64,000 bases of DNA from Squalus acanthias (lineage: Eukaryota), in NCBI GenBank assembly GCA_030390025.1, contig CM059432.1, forward strand, positions 146,756,001-146,820,000, in the 5' to 3' direction. A model generated the notes under the pieces. That model worked only from the letters and a program-made list of their open reading frames with translations, did not search any database and had not been told where the DNA came from. Below, piece after piece: positions 36,597 to 49,240 of this stretch. Made by a program: the position numbers and the translations under genes. Every line of letters starts with the position of its first letter. Positions within the stretch are counted from its first letter, which is position 1.

Positions 36597-39058
36597 TGCA
36601 GTGTATGGCGTTGTTGCAGTGTATGGCACTGTTGCAATGTATGGCACTGTTGCAGCATATGGCACTGTTGCAATGCATGGCACTGTTGCAGTGTATGGCA
36701 CTGTTGCAATGCATGGCACTGTTGCAGTGTATGGCGCTGTTGAAATGCATGGCACTGTTGCAGTGTATGGCACTGTTGCAATGCATGGCACTGTTGCAGT
36801 GTATGGCACTGTTGCAGTTTATGGCACTGTTGCAGTGAATGGCACTGTTGCAATGTATGGCACTGTTGCAGTGCGTGGCAATATATGGCACTGTTGCAGC
36901 ATATGGCACTGTTGCAATGTATGGCACTGTTGCAGTGAATGGCACAGTTGCAGTGTATGGCGCTGTTGCAGTTTATGGCACTGTTGCAATGTATGGCACT
37001 GTTGCAGTGCATGGCACTGTTGCAATGTATGGCACTGTTGCAATGTATGGCACTGTTGCAGTGCATGGCACTGTTGCAATGTATGGCACTGTTGCAGTGT
37101 ATGGCGCTGTTGCAGTTTATGGCACTGTTGCAGTGTATGGCGCTGTTGCAGTTTATGGCACTGTTGCAGTGTATGGCACTGTTGCAGTGTATGGCGCTGT
37201 TGCAGTGTATGGCGCTGTTGCAGTGTATGGCACTGTTGCAATGCATGGCACTGTTGTAGTGAATGGCACTGTTGCAGTGAATGGCACTGTTGCAATGTAT
37301 GGCACTGTTGCAGTGCATGGCAATATATGGCACTGTTGCAGCATATGGCACTGTTGCAATGTATGACACTGTTGCAGTGCATGGCACTGTTGTAATGCAT
37401 GGCACTGTTGCAATGTATGGCACTGTCGAAATGCATGGCACTGTTGCAGTGTATGGCGCTGTTGCAGTGTATGGCACTGTTGCAGTGCTAAGCACTGTTG
37501 TAATGCATGGCACTGTTGCAATGTATGGCACTGTCGAAATGCATGGTACTGTTGCAGCATATGGCACTGTTGCAGCATATGGCACTGTTGCAGTGTATGG
37601 TGCTGTTGAAATGCATGGCACTGTTGCAATGTATGGCACTGTTGCAGTGTATGGCGCTGTTGCAGTGTATGGCGCTGTTGCAGTGTATGGCGCTGTTGAA
37701 ATGCATGGCACTGTTGCAGCATATGGCACTGTTGCAGCATATGGCACTGTTGCAGTGTATGGCACTGTTGCAGTGTATGGCACTGTTGCAATGCATGGCA
37801 CTGTTGCAGTGTATGGCACTGTTGCAATGCATGGCACTGTTGCAGTGTATGGCACTGTTGCAATGTATGGCACTGTTGCAGTGTATGGCACTGTTGCAAT
37901 GTATGGCACTGTTGCAGTGTATGGCACTGTTGCAATGTATGGCACTGTTGCAGTGTATGGCACTGTTGCAATGCCTGGCACTGTTGCAGTGTCTGGCACT
38001 GTTGCAATGTATGGCACTGTTGCAATGTATGGCACTGTTGCAGTGTATGGCACTGTTGCAATGTATGGCACTGTTGCAATGTATGGCACTGTTGCAGTGT
38101 ATGGCACTGTTGCAATGTATGGCACTGTTGCAGTGTATGGCACTGTTGCAGTGTATGGCACTGTTGCAATGCATGGCACTGTTGCAGTGAATGGCACTGT
38201 TGCAGTGAATGGCACTGTTGCAATGTATGGCACTGTTGCAGTGCATGGCAATATATGGCACTGTTGCAGCATATGGCACTGTTGCAATGTATGGCACTGT
38301 TGCAGTGTATGGCACTGTTGCAGTGCATGGCACTGTTGCAATGTATGGCGCTGTTGAAATGCATGGCACTGTTGCAGTTTATGGCACTGTTGCAGTGTAT
38401 GGCACTGTTGCAATGTATGGCACTGTTGCAGTGCATGGCACTGTTGCAATGTATGGCGCTGTTGAAATGCATGGCACTGTTGCAGTTTATGGCGCTGTTG
38501 CAGTGTATGGCGCTGTTGCAGTGTATGGCGCTGTTGCAGTGTATGGCACTGTTGCAGTGTATGGCGCTGTTGCAGTGTATGGCACTGTTGCAGTGTATGG
38601 CACTGTTGAAATGCATGGCACTGTTGCAGTTTACGGCACTGTTGCAGTTTACGGCACTGTTGCAATGTATGGCACTGTTGCAATGTATGGCGCTGTTGCA
38701 GTGTATGGCACTGTTGCAGTGTATGGCGCTGTTGCAGTTTATGGCACTGTTGTAATGTATGGCACTGTTGCAGTGTATGGCGCTATTGCAGTGTATGGGG
38801 CTGTTGCAGTGTATGGCACTGTTGCAATGCATGGCACTGTTGCAGTGTATGGCACTGTTGCAATGCATGGCACTGTTGCAGTGAATGGCACTGTTGCAGT
38901 GAATGGCACTGTTGCAGTGCATGGCAATATATGGCACTGTTGCAGCATATGGCACTGTTGCAATTTATGGCACTGTTGCAGTGCATGTCACTGTTGCAGT
39001 GTATGGCACTGTTGCAATGCATGGCACTGTTGCAGTGAATGGCAATGTTGCAGTGTAT
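36597..39058. repeat. 18-bp minisatellite, consensus GCARTGTATGGCACTGTT, about 135 units
   Basis: Direct tandem array visible in the sequence; 6-residue periodic ORFs in all frames. Confidence 0.98.
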
Positions 39059-39689
39059 GCCTCTAATTCCTTGTTGAGTGCAAATCAGCCTAATCAAAAA
39101 AGGCATTAATCATGTGTGAGCATTGACCACAAGTCTCAGCAGGATATTTGACTGCAGGAGCCCAATGTTATCACTTTATGTCCAGACATATACTTTCCAG
39201 CAGGGACTGATAGGTAGCAATCAGGAGCAGGAACCCAGGGTGATGTTGCCTTCCCTTCCCTAACCCACTGGCACTGAGAGCAATTGCTGTGCATCTACAG
39301 CTGCCCTTGTTGAGAATCAGCTAAGTTAGCACAGGTTAAAGCTAGGATCTCCCTGGTCTGTGTGGCTCAGCTACACACGAGGTAATAATTTTATAAGATT
39401 CATGCATCTTCAAATTAATTTTCAATGTGTTAAAGTTTGCTCTGGAAAATGAGTGTTGTTTGATCAGAGTCTGACTCGCTGTTTATCTTCAACAAGTGAT
39501 TTCTGCTTTAAAAAGAAGGGTCTGTACACCAATAATGTAAATAGTGTTCTTACCCAAGCAAACTTTTTTCCAATCGTCACGGCTAATGATAAATGAATTT
39601 CTCGTCTCATGGAAGCTAATGTAAAGTGTCTTGTGGTCTAAATTCTATATAGCCAGCAAGGCTTAATGTGCATTTTTTGATCCATCTTG

Positions 39690-40340
39690 CACAGAATTAC
39701 ATTACATCGAATTTACAGCACAGAAACAGGCCAATTGGCTCAACAGGTCTGTGCTGGTGTTTATGCTCCTCATGAGCCTCCTCCCACCCTACTTCACCTC
39801 ACCTTATCAGCATATCCCTCTATTCCTTTCTCCCTCATGTATTTATCTAGTTTCCCCTTAAATGTATCTATGCTATTCACCTCAAAGTACTCCTTGTGGT
39901 AGCGAGTTCCACATTCTAAACACTCCCTGGGTAAAGAAATTTCTCTCCTGAATTCCTTATTGGATTTATTAGTAAATATCCTATATTTATGACCCCTAGT
40001 TTTGAACTGTCCCACAAGTGGAAACATCTGTTCTAAGTCCACCCTATCAAACACTTTCATAATTTTAAAAACCTCTATTAGGTCACCCCTCAACCTTCTC
40101 TTTTCTAGAGAAAAGAGCCCCAGCCGGTTCAGTCTTTCCTAATATTTTTAAACTGCTCAGTTCGAGTAAATCTTTTTTGCACCTTCTCCAGTGCGTCGAT
40201 ATCCTTTTTATAATATGGAGACTAGAACTGAGCACAGTGCTCTAGGTGTGGACTAACCAAGTTTATGTATAAATTTAACATAACTTCTCTGCTTTTCAAT
40301 TCTATTCCTCTAGAAATGAACCCCAGTGCTTTCTTTGAAT
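39690..40340 (-). mobile_element. CR1 3' fragment, same subfamily as 3805-6610
   Basis: ORF 39794-40093 RGDLIEVFKIMK; reverse-complement match to 5960-6600. Confidence 0.9.
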
Positions 40341-41519
40341 TTTTATGGCCTGGTTAACCTAATATATATAGAGTACGGAATCCAAGCACTCCGCCCTGCT
40401 GTATTGAGATAACAGTTAACAAATTCTTCAAAATGCAAGCCCCCAAACAAATGCCCTCGGGGTCTAGGTCATGATAATTGCTGGTGCCTATCTTGAAAAT
40501 GCAGACAATTTTTCTGTGTTGTAGATCTCAGCTGGAATAAGCCATTGTCTGACATTGGCTCTGTGTGGCAGATTTTCCGAGGTAGTGCCCCTGGCTCTGG
40601 GCTTCACAGGGCAGGCACACATTTTGAGAGATTGAGTGCAGGCCACAGCGTGATCGGCAGGAATTTCCATCCATTAATGAATGGAAAATCCCGTTGGATG
40701 CACTGACATCCCCATGTTAGAAATGTAGTTCTACTGTGGAATCCTTCTCGGGTTCAGTGGTATCAGTCACCCCCATAAGTGGTTTGAGCATCTTACTTTA
40801 ATAAGACTTCACTCAGGCTACCCTGTATTTACTTGTATGATGATGCAACCCAGGGGTGTAATAACAGCATGCCTGGACCAGATATTCATGTCTCTCTCAT
40901 GTGTATTTCCTCAATTTTTCAAAGGCAGACCAAGCAAACGCTTTGTGTGACAAGGCTTGATACAAAGCATTAAACTGCTTTATTTCACATGAGGTGACCA
41001 TAGAGAGTAATGGCTATGATCAATTTCACTTATTTCAATCAATGCAACTTGACTTTGTGTGATAATATATAACAATGAATACGCGACATATCCCGTGTCA
41101 GCGGGTCATCTCACTTGACTTAACAAGATGTCTTCTAACTTTCATCCGGCATTTCTTTTTGCCATAGTAAAGGCATTTACAACTTTGCCTTTAACAAACA
41201 TGATTGCCCTCACAGCCTTCCTGTTTGACAAGCCTATCTTTCTGTGTCCCTGTGCCACTTTTTATTATCTCGCTCTTCAAAGACACAGTAAGGAGTGACA
41301 TGAATCTTGTCATTCATGTGGAAATGACTTATGAAATAATACTGGGTGGCCTGCTGGTGGCGCTGTCCAGGAAGAGTATAAATACTCGGGCATGGGCCCA
41401 GCTTGCTCAGGACATTCTTTAACAGGAACTAGTGAAGGACACAACTAGATCTCCATGTTGAAAAACAGTTGATTAAAGCTTTGTTTAACGCTTAGACCAA
41501 GTGCCTAGTAGTTTTCTTA

Positions 41520-42025
41520 CGTCAAGGAGTGTGATGGAATACTCTCCACTTGCCTGGATGAGTGCAGCTCCAACAACACTCAAGAAGCTCGACACCATCC
41601 AGGACAAAGCAGCCCGCTTGATTGGCACCCCATCTACCACCGGCGCACTGCAGCTGCAGTGTGTACCATCTACAAGATGCACTGCAGCAACTCACCAAGG
41701 CTTCTTCGGCAGCACCTCCCAAACCCACGACCTCTTCCACCTAGAAGGACAAGGGCAGCAGACGCATGGGAACACCACCACCTCCAAGTTCCCCTCCAAG
41801 TCACACACCATCCTGATTTGGAAATATATCGCCGATCCTTCATCGTCGCTTGGTCAAAATCCTGGAACTCCCTCCCTAACAGCACTGTGGGAGTACCTTC
41901 ACCACACGGACTGCAACGGTTCAAGAAGGCGGCTCACCATCACCTTCTCAAGGGCAACTAGGGATGGGCAATAAATGCTGGCATTGCCAGCGACGTCCAC
42001 ATCCCATAAACGAATAATAAAAAAA
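41520..42025 (+). mobile_element. 5'-truncated copy of the poly(A)-tailed LINE family
   Basis: RSVMEYSPLAWMSAAPTTLKKLDTIQDKAARLIG, same 3' UTR as 15342-15800, A-rich tail. Confidence 0.9.
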
Positions 42026-42317
42026 GACACAGATATCAAAGGGCAAAACAATGCACTGGGCGTGAGGAGTTCTTTTGTTACTTAGATAAGCTAACTAATT
42101 GCTTATTGTTAGTTTTTGGGGAAACTTCTGTTTAGTGTATTAATCACCTTTCATCTAAGTGCCTTTTATAAACTTGTGAGGATATGCTTTAAAAAAATAC
42201 ACCTTAAAAATAATTCTAATTTTCAAATTCCATCTGTGGAAAAATTTTGAAAAATTTCTGAACCGTGATATCCCAATATGCTCTCCTCTTGCGCAAAGCT
42301 TTGCATCAGGAACATTA

Positions 42318-42672
42318 CAGGAAACTCTTTGGTATCCGGCACCGACGGGACTGGGGTGGTGCCGGTTGATTAAAAATTCCGGATAACGGAGAGGGTTATC
42401 TACCGAGGCTATTTTTAACAAACAAAAATAAAAAAATCAAGAAATGTGCAGTATAATTGGGTACTCCCCTACAGAATGTTGTGTTAAATGGATGGTGGAA
42501 GATGCTTGATTAAGTACAGTACTGCCAGTTGAGGGTAATCCATAACTCTTTAATTACTTAACAGTAAAACACACCTTATAAACGACTGTATACTGTAGTT
42601 TTCGGAGTATGAATTCTGCCGGTTATTAGAGAATTCCGGATATTTAGGTGCCGTTTAAACAAGAGTTTTCTG
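42318..42672. mobile_element. Tc1/mariner (pogo/Tigger-like) MITE
   Basis: TIRs CAGGAAACTCTT / AAGAGTTTTCTG, TA TSD, repeated subterminal CCGG motifs. Confidence 0.75.
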
Positions 42673-43109
42673 TACTTCATAAAAGCTACCTGAACAAATT
42701 TAATTTGAAGAAAGAAGCTAGGTTTTGGTTAGTAGTGTCAAAATATTAGGGATAATCAAAATGCTTTTGTGTACTCCAATAAGAGAGTTTGGATACTGTA
42801 ACAAAGAGTGTCAGTGAGTCTAAAGCCCTTTTCTCATTCTCAACATTTTCTTCTGTGGCTATATTTTACCTCCCAAGGTACAAGACTGAATTTGTCTGAA
42901 GGGTAAGTTCTAAAGGATAAAGGGCACTTATCATCAATGGATATTATTGATCATAGATGAAGTGAGCTGACAGCAGTGTGCCCTGGGTCAGACAAGAGTC
43001 ATGTCACTGCTTATATGGCTCATCCATCATTCCTTCTGAGTATCTTCAATCACATCACTTTCTTCTGTTTATTATCTTAAGGCAGTACTGATGGACTGGT
43101 ACAGCACCT

Positions 43110-43430
43110 TTTTTGTCATCCTGTTTCATCCCAAGTTGGGCTTCCAACCATACAGCCTCCATCACAAAGACTGCCTACATCTCCCTCTATAACATTGCCT
43201 GCCTGTGCCCCTGCCATCACTCATTTGCTGCTGAAACCCTCAAACGTGTCTTTTTCACCTCTAGACTTGACTATTCCAATACTCCTCTGGCTGACATCCC
43301 ATTCTCCACCCTCCATAAACTTCAGCTCATCCCAAAACTCTGCTGCCCATATTCTATTCACGTCATGCGCTGTTCACCCATCACCCCTATCCGCACTGAT
43401 CTGCGTCAGTTCCTGGTCCCCCAACACCTT
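43110..43430 (+). mobile_element. Old L2 RT fragment
   Basis: AETLKRVFFTSRLDYSNTPLA..LHKLQLI..SPITPI. Confidence 0.8.
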
Positions 43431-45150
43431 GGGCTGAGAATTGCAGAGCGTTAAAAACCTGCCGGTGCCACCGCGGGGCGGAACTAACGGCCGCCGCAAT
43501 GAATGGCGCTGGCCAGGACCGGGATATTGGTGCTGGTTGCTGATTAACATTAGCCCAGCGCTAAACTCACTCTGCAAGGCTGGTGGTAGTCACAGCAGGA
43601 GGACCAATGTAGCGTGGCCATAGCGTCATTGCAGCAAGAACAGCCTTCTCTTAAAGCAAGGCTGTCATTTTAGAAAGGGGAACTGCCTTCTAAAATGAAA
43701 AAAAAAATCATTTAAAAATAGGCAGTCTTTAGCCCTTACAGCTCAACTGCCTTCTGAAAAATAAAATGAACATTAAAAAGAATTCCCAAATGGGAGTCTT
43801 CAGCTCTTAAAGCTGATTTGCCTTCCGCACCTAAAAAAATGGGAAAAGTGCTTCAGCACTAACACAAATGGCTGAGCAAGCCAGGGAAGGGCACCCAGGG
43901 TCTCACACGCAGCACTCCAGCTTTGTGCAGGGGGTCAACACCGCAAGAGAGGTTCTCTACCCACAGGGGCCAGGAGGCCCTCCAGAGAAGGATGTGGGAC
44001 CAGATCACCGAGGCTGTCACTGCCAGCAGTGTCGCCCCCACCACCTGGCTCCAGTGCCCAAAGAAGCTTCATGACCTCAGACCACTGGTCAAGGTCAGTG
44101 AATCCATCTTCAAAAGCCGTCTCCTACCAACTGCACCACTAGCCTCCCACACTGCTCAATGCATGACCACCACCCCCCCACCAATCACTCAGTTACCAAC
44201 AATCTGTACCAAACACAAGGCACACCTCCCATTCCTAGCCTCACCTCACCCACTTGGAGGAGACAGTGCTGGCCATTCTTGGCAGGGGCATGGCTGAGAC
44301 CTTGGTCAGCAGCGGGGCTGAAAAGATACAAGATGCTGGTATCCTCATATGTTATCCTCCTTCTGGCATGCATCTCTTGCTTTCCCATCCTCCCCTCACC
44401 ACAACTTCACCCTTGTGCCTTCCTCATTTCACACACCCAATTAATGCAGCCTGCCCAGCCAGTGGGTGACCAAGAAGAGGGAGAGGAGAGTGAAGAAGAA
44501 GAAGAAACACCATCACTTGATTTCACACTCTCAGTCACCAGCTCCTCAAGGTCGTCCTGGAAGGCCATCTGCAGTGTCCCCCACTGAAAGTCAACAGCCT
44601 TCCACCAGCCATGCTGCAGCCACTGGGGTAGCACTAGGATAGGCAAAGGCACACACAAGACAGTCACTAAGTGAATGCATATAGGTGATGAGTTGATTTC
44701 TTGATGTCATATTGGATGGATAGGTGTATAAAATTGGATTGGAAAGTTTGCTTTGTGGTGGCTTTTATTTCAGCATTGTGGCCAAGAGGACGCTGTGATG
44801 GTCAGTAACAGAGGGAAGGTAAGGTGTGGGACTCATGTTGAAAGGGGAATTGGGTTGTGGTCACTGAGACCACAGCTAGATGATTCCATTTGGGATATCC
44901 CGGCCAGAAAGGGGCTGTCTGGGTTGCATCCTTCCTTCCGCTTCCTCCTCTTCTGTTTCTTCCTCTTCCCTCTGCGAGCAGCTGCTGTAAATCTGAAATA
45001 AAAGCAGAAAATGCTGGAAATGCACAGCAGGTCAGGCAGCATCTCGACCTGAGACGTGAACTCTTTTTCTCTCTCCATGGATGTTGTCTGACCTGCTGAG
45101 TATTTCCAGCATTTTCTGTCTTTTCAGAGGCCTTCCTTACCATCGAAGAC
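43431..45150 (-). mobile_element. Truncated copy of the Harbinger derivative at 55042-57287 (opposite orientation)
   Basis: Starts GGGCTGAGAATT; Myb remnant MWDQITEAV..QCPKKLHDL..VK|GT; same Penelope-derived hairpin at 44988-45120. Confidence 0.8.
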
Positions 45151-45647
45151 TTGCTTCTCTCAAACCAATTTACAATTTCTTCTGATTGCTATTTTGCCGC
45201 ATTCGTAAAAACTGTCAATTATAACAAAGACCTATTGGTTCCACTTCTGAATCCTTTGAAACAGGCCAATGTAATCAAACTGCAAATTTCTCCATAGGCC
45301 ATGGATGCTGGGAAATGGCTATGGGGCATTTTAACTCTGGACCCGGACACATACGGGGCATTCGCGAGGCAGACATTGAGAATGGCATTCACGGTCTGAT
45401 CCACACGAGGCCACCACATCATCTGTACTGGCCTTTGGTCCAGGCTGTCACCTTTCTGTGGGCTCAATGGACACCTCATTAAGAGGTGACTGCGGCACTA
45501 CCCATTTACCCTGATACAATAACAAGTTATCCTGTTCTTTTCTGTTAACGGCGCCTTTGGGCCCTGAGCACTTACTTTTGATGGGCTGGACTAATTTAAT
45601 CTAAGGGTCCTCACCCCTGCACCCCTGCAAGATCAAAAAGGGGTGTT

Positions 45648-46043
45648 TCATCCTTGTTTTCAAATCGCTCCATGGCCTCGCCCCATCCTATCTCTGTAAT
45701 CTCCTTCAGCCCCACAACCCCCTGAGATATCTGCGCTCCTCTAATTCTGCCCTCTTGAGCATTCCTGATTATAATCGCTCAACCTTTGGTGGCCGTGCCT
45801 TCTGTTGCCTAGGCCCTAAGCTCTGGAATTCCCTGCCTAAACCCCTCCGCCGCTCTACCTCTCTTTCCTCCTTTAAGACGCTCCTTAAAACCTACCTCTT
45901 TGACCAAGCTTTTGGTCACCTGCCCTAATTTATCCTTATGTGGATCGGTGTCAAATTTGTTGTCTTAAAATACTCCTGTGCAGCGCCTTGGGACGTTTTA
46001 CTACGTTAAAGGCGCTGTATAAATACAAGTTGTTGTTGTTGTT
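45648..46043 (+). mobile_element. L2 3' end
   Basis: Near-identical reverse complement of 27632-27990; (TTG)n tail. Confidence 0.88.
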
Positions 46044-47294
46044 GACGTTGAGCTTTATTTATCTGGCCATGAAATGCTACGGGTGGTTCTCACACTTCTC
46101 GGTGAAACTCAACATTTTTAGCTAGCTGATCTGCCTTGCTGCCCAGGTGCGATTTTAGAAGCAGGTCTCTGATTTGCAGTAACCAAATTAAGAAAACAGT
46201 ACTTTGTCAACGTTTGAATTGATTTACAGCAAGATCACGTGTCTTTAATTTAAACTGCATAAATTAATAGCAATTTCTAGCTGTAATCCAATTAAAAGAA
46301 TGTCCTCTGAAAAGTTCAAATTGATCTACTACCAGACACCATAGCAACTGTAACTTATAATTCTTCAAGGCTGACTCTTACCTTTTTTAAAAAAAAACTC
46401 CCTCAAGTGAAGTTTACTTGTGCAGCTGTGCTTTTCATAGTTGTACAAGTAAACTTTAGTCAAAATATATCCAGACAAGCGTTTTTAATTAAAAATGTAA
46501 ATCACAAAGTTTTCCCCAATTCTGGGTGCACAACCTTAATTTGAAGTGAATATACTCAACAACCATATTCACACTTTCATGCACCTTAAATATATTGATC
46601 CCAATAATGGGTGATGAATTCATAGAGTGATATACCCAGGTTGCGAACCCAAGGAATGTTCATAGTTTAAATCAATTAAAAAAAAGTGACTAAAAGTATC
46701 TCAAGAATATTACACATATGTATACAGACATAGAGAAAAGAATAAACAAACTTAAAACAGCATACACTTGTAGGATGCTCTTCTATTTTCTCCTTTAGTA
46801 GGGATTCCATTATTGTTCCGACCACCGATGTTAAATTGACTGGTCTACAATTCCCTGGGCATGGTCTATCTTCCTTCTTAAATATAGGTATTATGTTAAC
46901 TATCCACCAGTCCTCTGGCCACACCTTTTTCTAACGAACTATTAAATATGTGTAATAGTGCCTCTGTTATCTCTTCCCTAGATTCTTTTAAAATGCACGA
47001 ATGTAATCTGTCCGGACTAGGGGTTTTATCCTCTTTGGGTTTGATTAGTTTATTTAATATTTCTCCTCTTTCTATTTTCAATGCGGTTATATCATTTCTA
47101 ATCTCATCTTCCGATGTCATGTGCACCTGATCTGTCTCCCTGATAAATACTGAAGCAAATTAATTATTTAATATTTCTGCCATTTCGCTATCGCTGCCTG
47201 TGATTTTATTCTATCCATCCTTAGTGGCCTTATTCCCATCCCGCCTTCTTTTTATTTATGTGCCTGTAGAATATTTTACTGTTTTAGAGTCATA

Positions 47295-48187
47295 GGGGTA
47301 AAAATTCAGTTGGTTGCGCCTCCCGTTAGCGCCTTAAGAGGGCGCTAATGGGGCGCAAAGCCGCTAACGCCCGGGCGCAGCGATGTTTGCGCCGCTCGGG
47401 AACTTAACTTGACATTGTGCGGCGGCACTAAAACTTACCGCTGCGACCACCTGCGCGCGCAGATTGTGACGTCATTCCATGGTGCAACGCCCTTGTGGTG
47501 CCCCGGAGCGGAAATTGAGTGGCGCCCCCTGCCTTACCGCCTGGCGCATCCAACGACCAGAAGACTGGAACGCTATCAATCGCTGTGGGGCTGGGGGGGG
47601 CGCTATTTAAAGGGGGCCTCTTCCTGTCTTTTATTGTTGGTGGCATTTTTGAACTACGCATTCTGAGAGAGAGAGGGAGAGACTTCTGGAGAGATTCAAC
47701 ATTGTGTGAAGGAGTTTTGGGTACTGAGCAGCACTTTGCAGGTTCATTTTGATTTGCCATTCCTTGTATCGATTTAGCAGAGACTGTGGGAGCTGCACTC
47801 TGAGCTCTTTGCCTGGTACTCTCCATTGTTCTTTCCAGCACATTTGATGTGCAAGTCTCTCCAGGCCGAGATTCAAGGCTGCAATGAACAGGATGTGGAT
47901 GGAAAGCAAGATTAACCATCCCCTTTAAGAACTGGCCCGTGCCATTGTGTGTGTGTTCCATTGCTGACTGACATTACATGAGCTTCGCCAGCGCTCTGAG
48001 TTAGCGCCTCACTCCTCGGCCTTTGCGCCTTAAGACAGGTGTGCAGCGCCTGCTTTAGCGCTCCACTCACCTCCCGGGGCGGTAAAAGTGAAGTTTCCAG
48101 TCAGTGCCGATAATTAGCGCCAGGCGCTAATATTTGCGTCCAGACGATATTTGCGCCCCAAATGGGGCGCGACCTAATTTCTACCCC
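47295..48187 (+). mobile_element. 893-bp Harbinger MITE, relative of 19295-23441
   Basis: Same TIRs GGGGTAAAAATT / AATTTCTACCCC, TSD ATA. Confidence 0.95.
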
Positions 48188-48347
48188 ATAGAGTCATAAC
48201 GGCACAGAAGGAAGCCATTCAGTCCATCGAGTCCGTGCCGGCTCTCTGTAGAGCAATCCAGTCAGTCCCATTCCCCCACTCTATCCCCGTAGCCCTGCAA
48301 GTTTATTTCCCTCAAGTGCCTATCCAGTCTCCCCTTGAAAACATTGA

Positions 48348-49240
48348 GGGGTAGAAATTAGGTCGCGCCCCATTTGGGGCGCAAATATCGTCCGGACGCA
48401 AATATTAGCGCCTGGCGCTAATTATCGGCACTGACGGGAAACTTCACTTTTACCGCCCCGGGAGGTGAGTGGAGCGCTAAAGCAGGCGCTGCACACCTCT
48501 CTTAAGGCGCAAAGGCCGAGCAGTGAGGCGCTAACTCGGAGCGCTGGCGAAGCTCATGTAATGTCAGTCAGCAATGGAACACACACACAATGGCACGGGC
48601 CAGTTCTTAAAGGGGATGGTTAATCTTGCTTTCCATCCACATCCTGTTCATTGCTGCCTTGAATCTCGGCCTGGAGAGACTTGCACATCAAATGTGCTGG
48701 AAAGAACAATGGAGAGCACCAGGCAAAGAGCTCAGAGTGCAGCTCCCACGGTCTCTGCTAAAAGGATACAAGGAATGGCAAATCAAAATGAACCTGCAAA
48801 GTGCTGCTCAGTACCCAAAACTCCTTCACACAACGTTGAATCTCTCCAGAAGTCTCTCCCTCTCTCTCTCAGAATGCGTAGTTCAAAAATGCCACCAACA
48901 ATAAAAGACAGGAAGAGGCCCCCTTTAAATAGCGCCCCCCCCAGCCCCACAGCGATTGATAGCGTTCCAGTCTTCTGGTCGTTGGAAGCGCCAGGCGGTA
49001 AGGCAGGGGGCGCCACTCAATTTCCGCTACGGGGCGCCCCAAGGGCGTTGCACCATGGAATGACGTCACAATCTGCGCGCGCAGGTGGTCGCAGCGGTAA
49101 GTTTTAGCGCCGCCGCACAATCTCAAGTTAAGTTCTCGAGCGGCGCAAACATCGCTGCGCCCGGGCGTTAGCGGCTTTTCGCCCCATTAGCGCCCTCTTA
49201 AGGCGCTAACGGGTGGCGCAACCAAGTGAATTTTTACCCC
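48348..49240 (-). mobile_element. 893-bp Harbinger MITE, inverted sister copy
   Basis: Same TIRs, TSD TGA. Confidence 0.95.

Noticed and set aside
36473..39109. Long ORFs (up to 713 aa) in the 18-bp array
   Set aside because: The unit length is a multiple of 3 and stop-free in all frames, so these are repeat artefacts. It is also not CRISPR because there are no unique spacers.
43110..46043. One L2 split by the Harbinger derivative (43110-43430 joined to 45648-46043)
   Set aside because: The pieces are roughly collinear, but the first is much more decayed than the second and unrelated DNA lies between; probably separate copies.
47428..49126. Duplicated 177-aa and shorter ORFs
   Set aside because: They are chance frames in the two MITE copies, with no recognisable domain.
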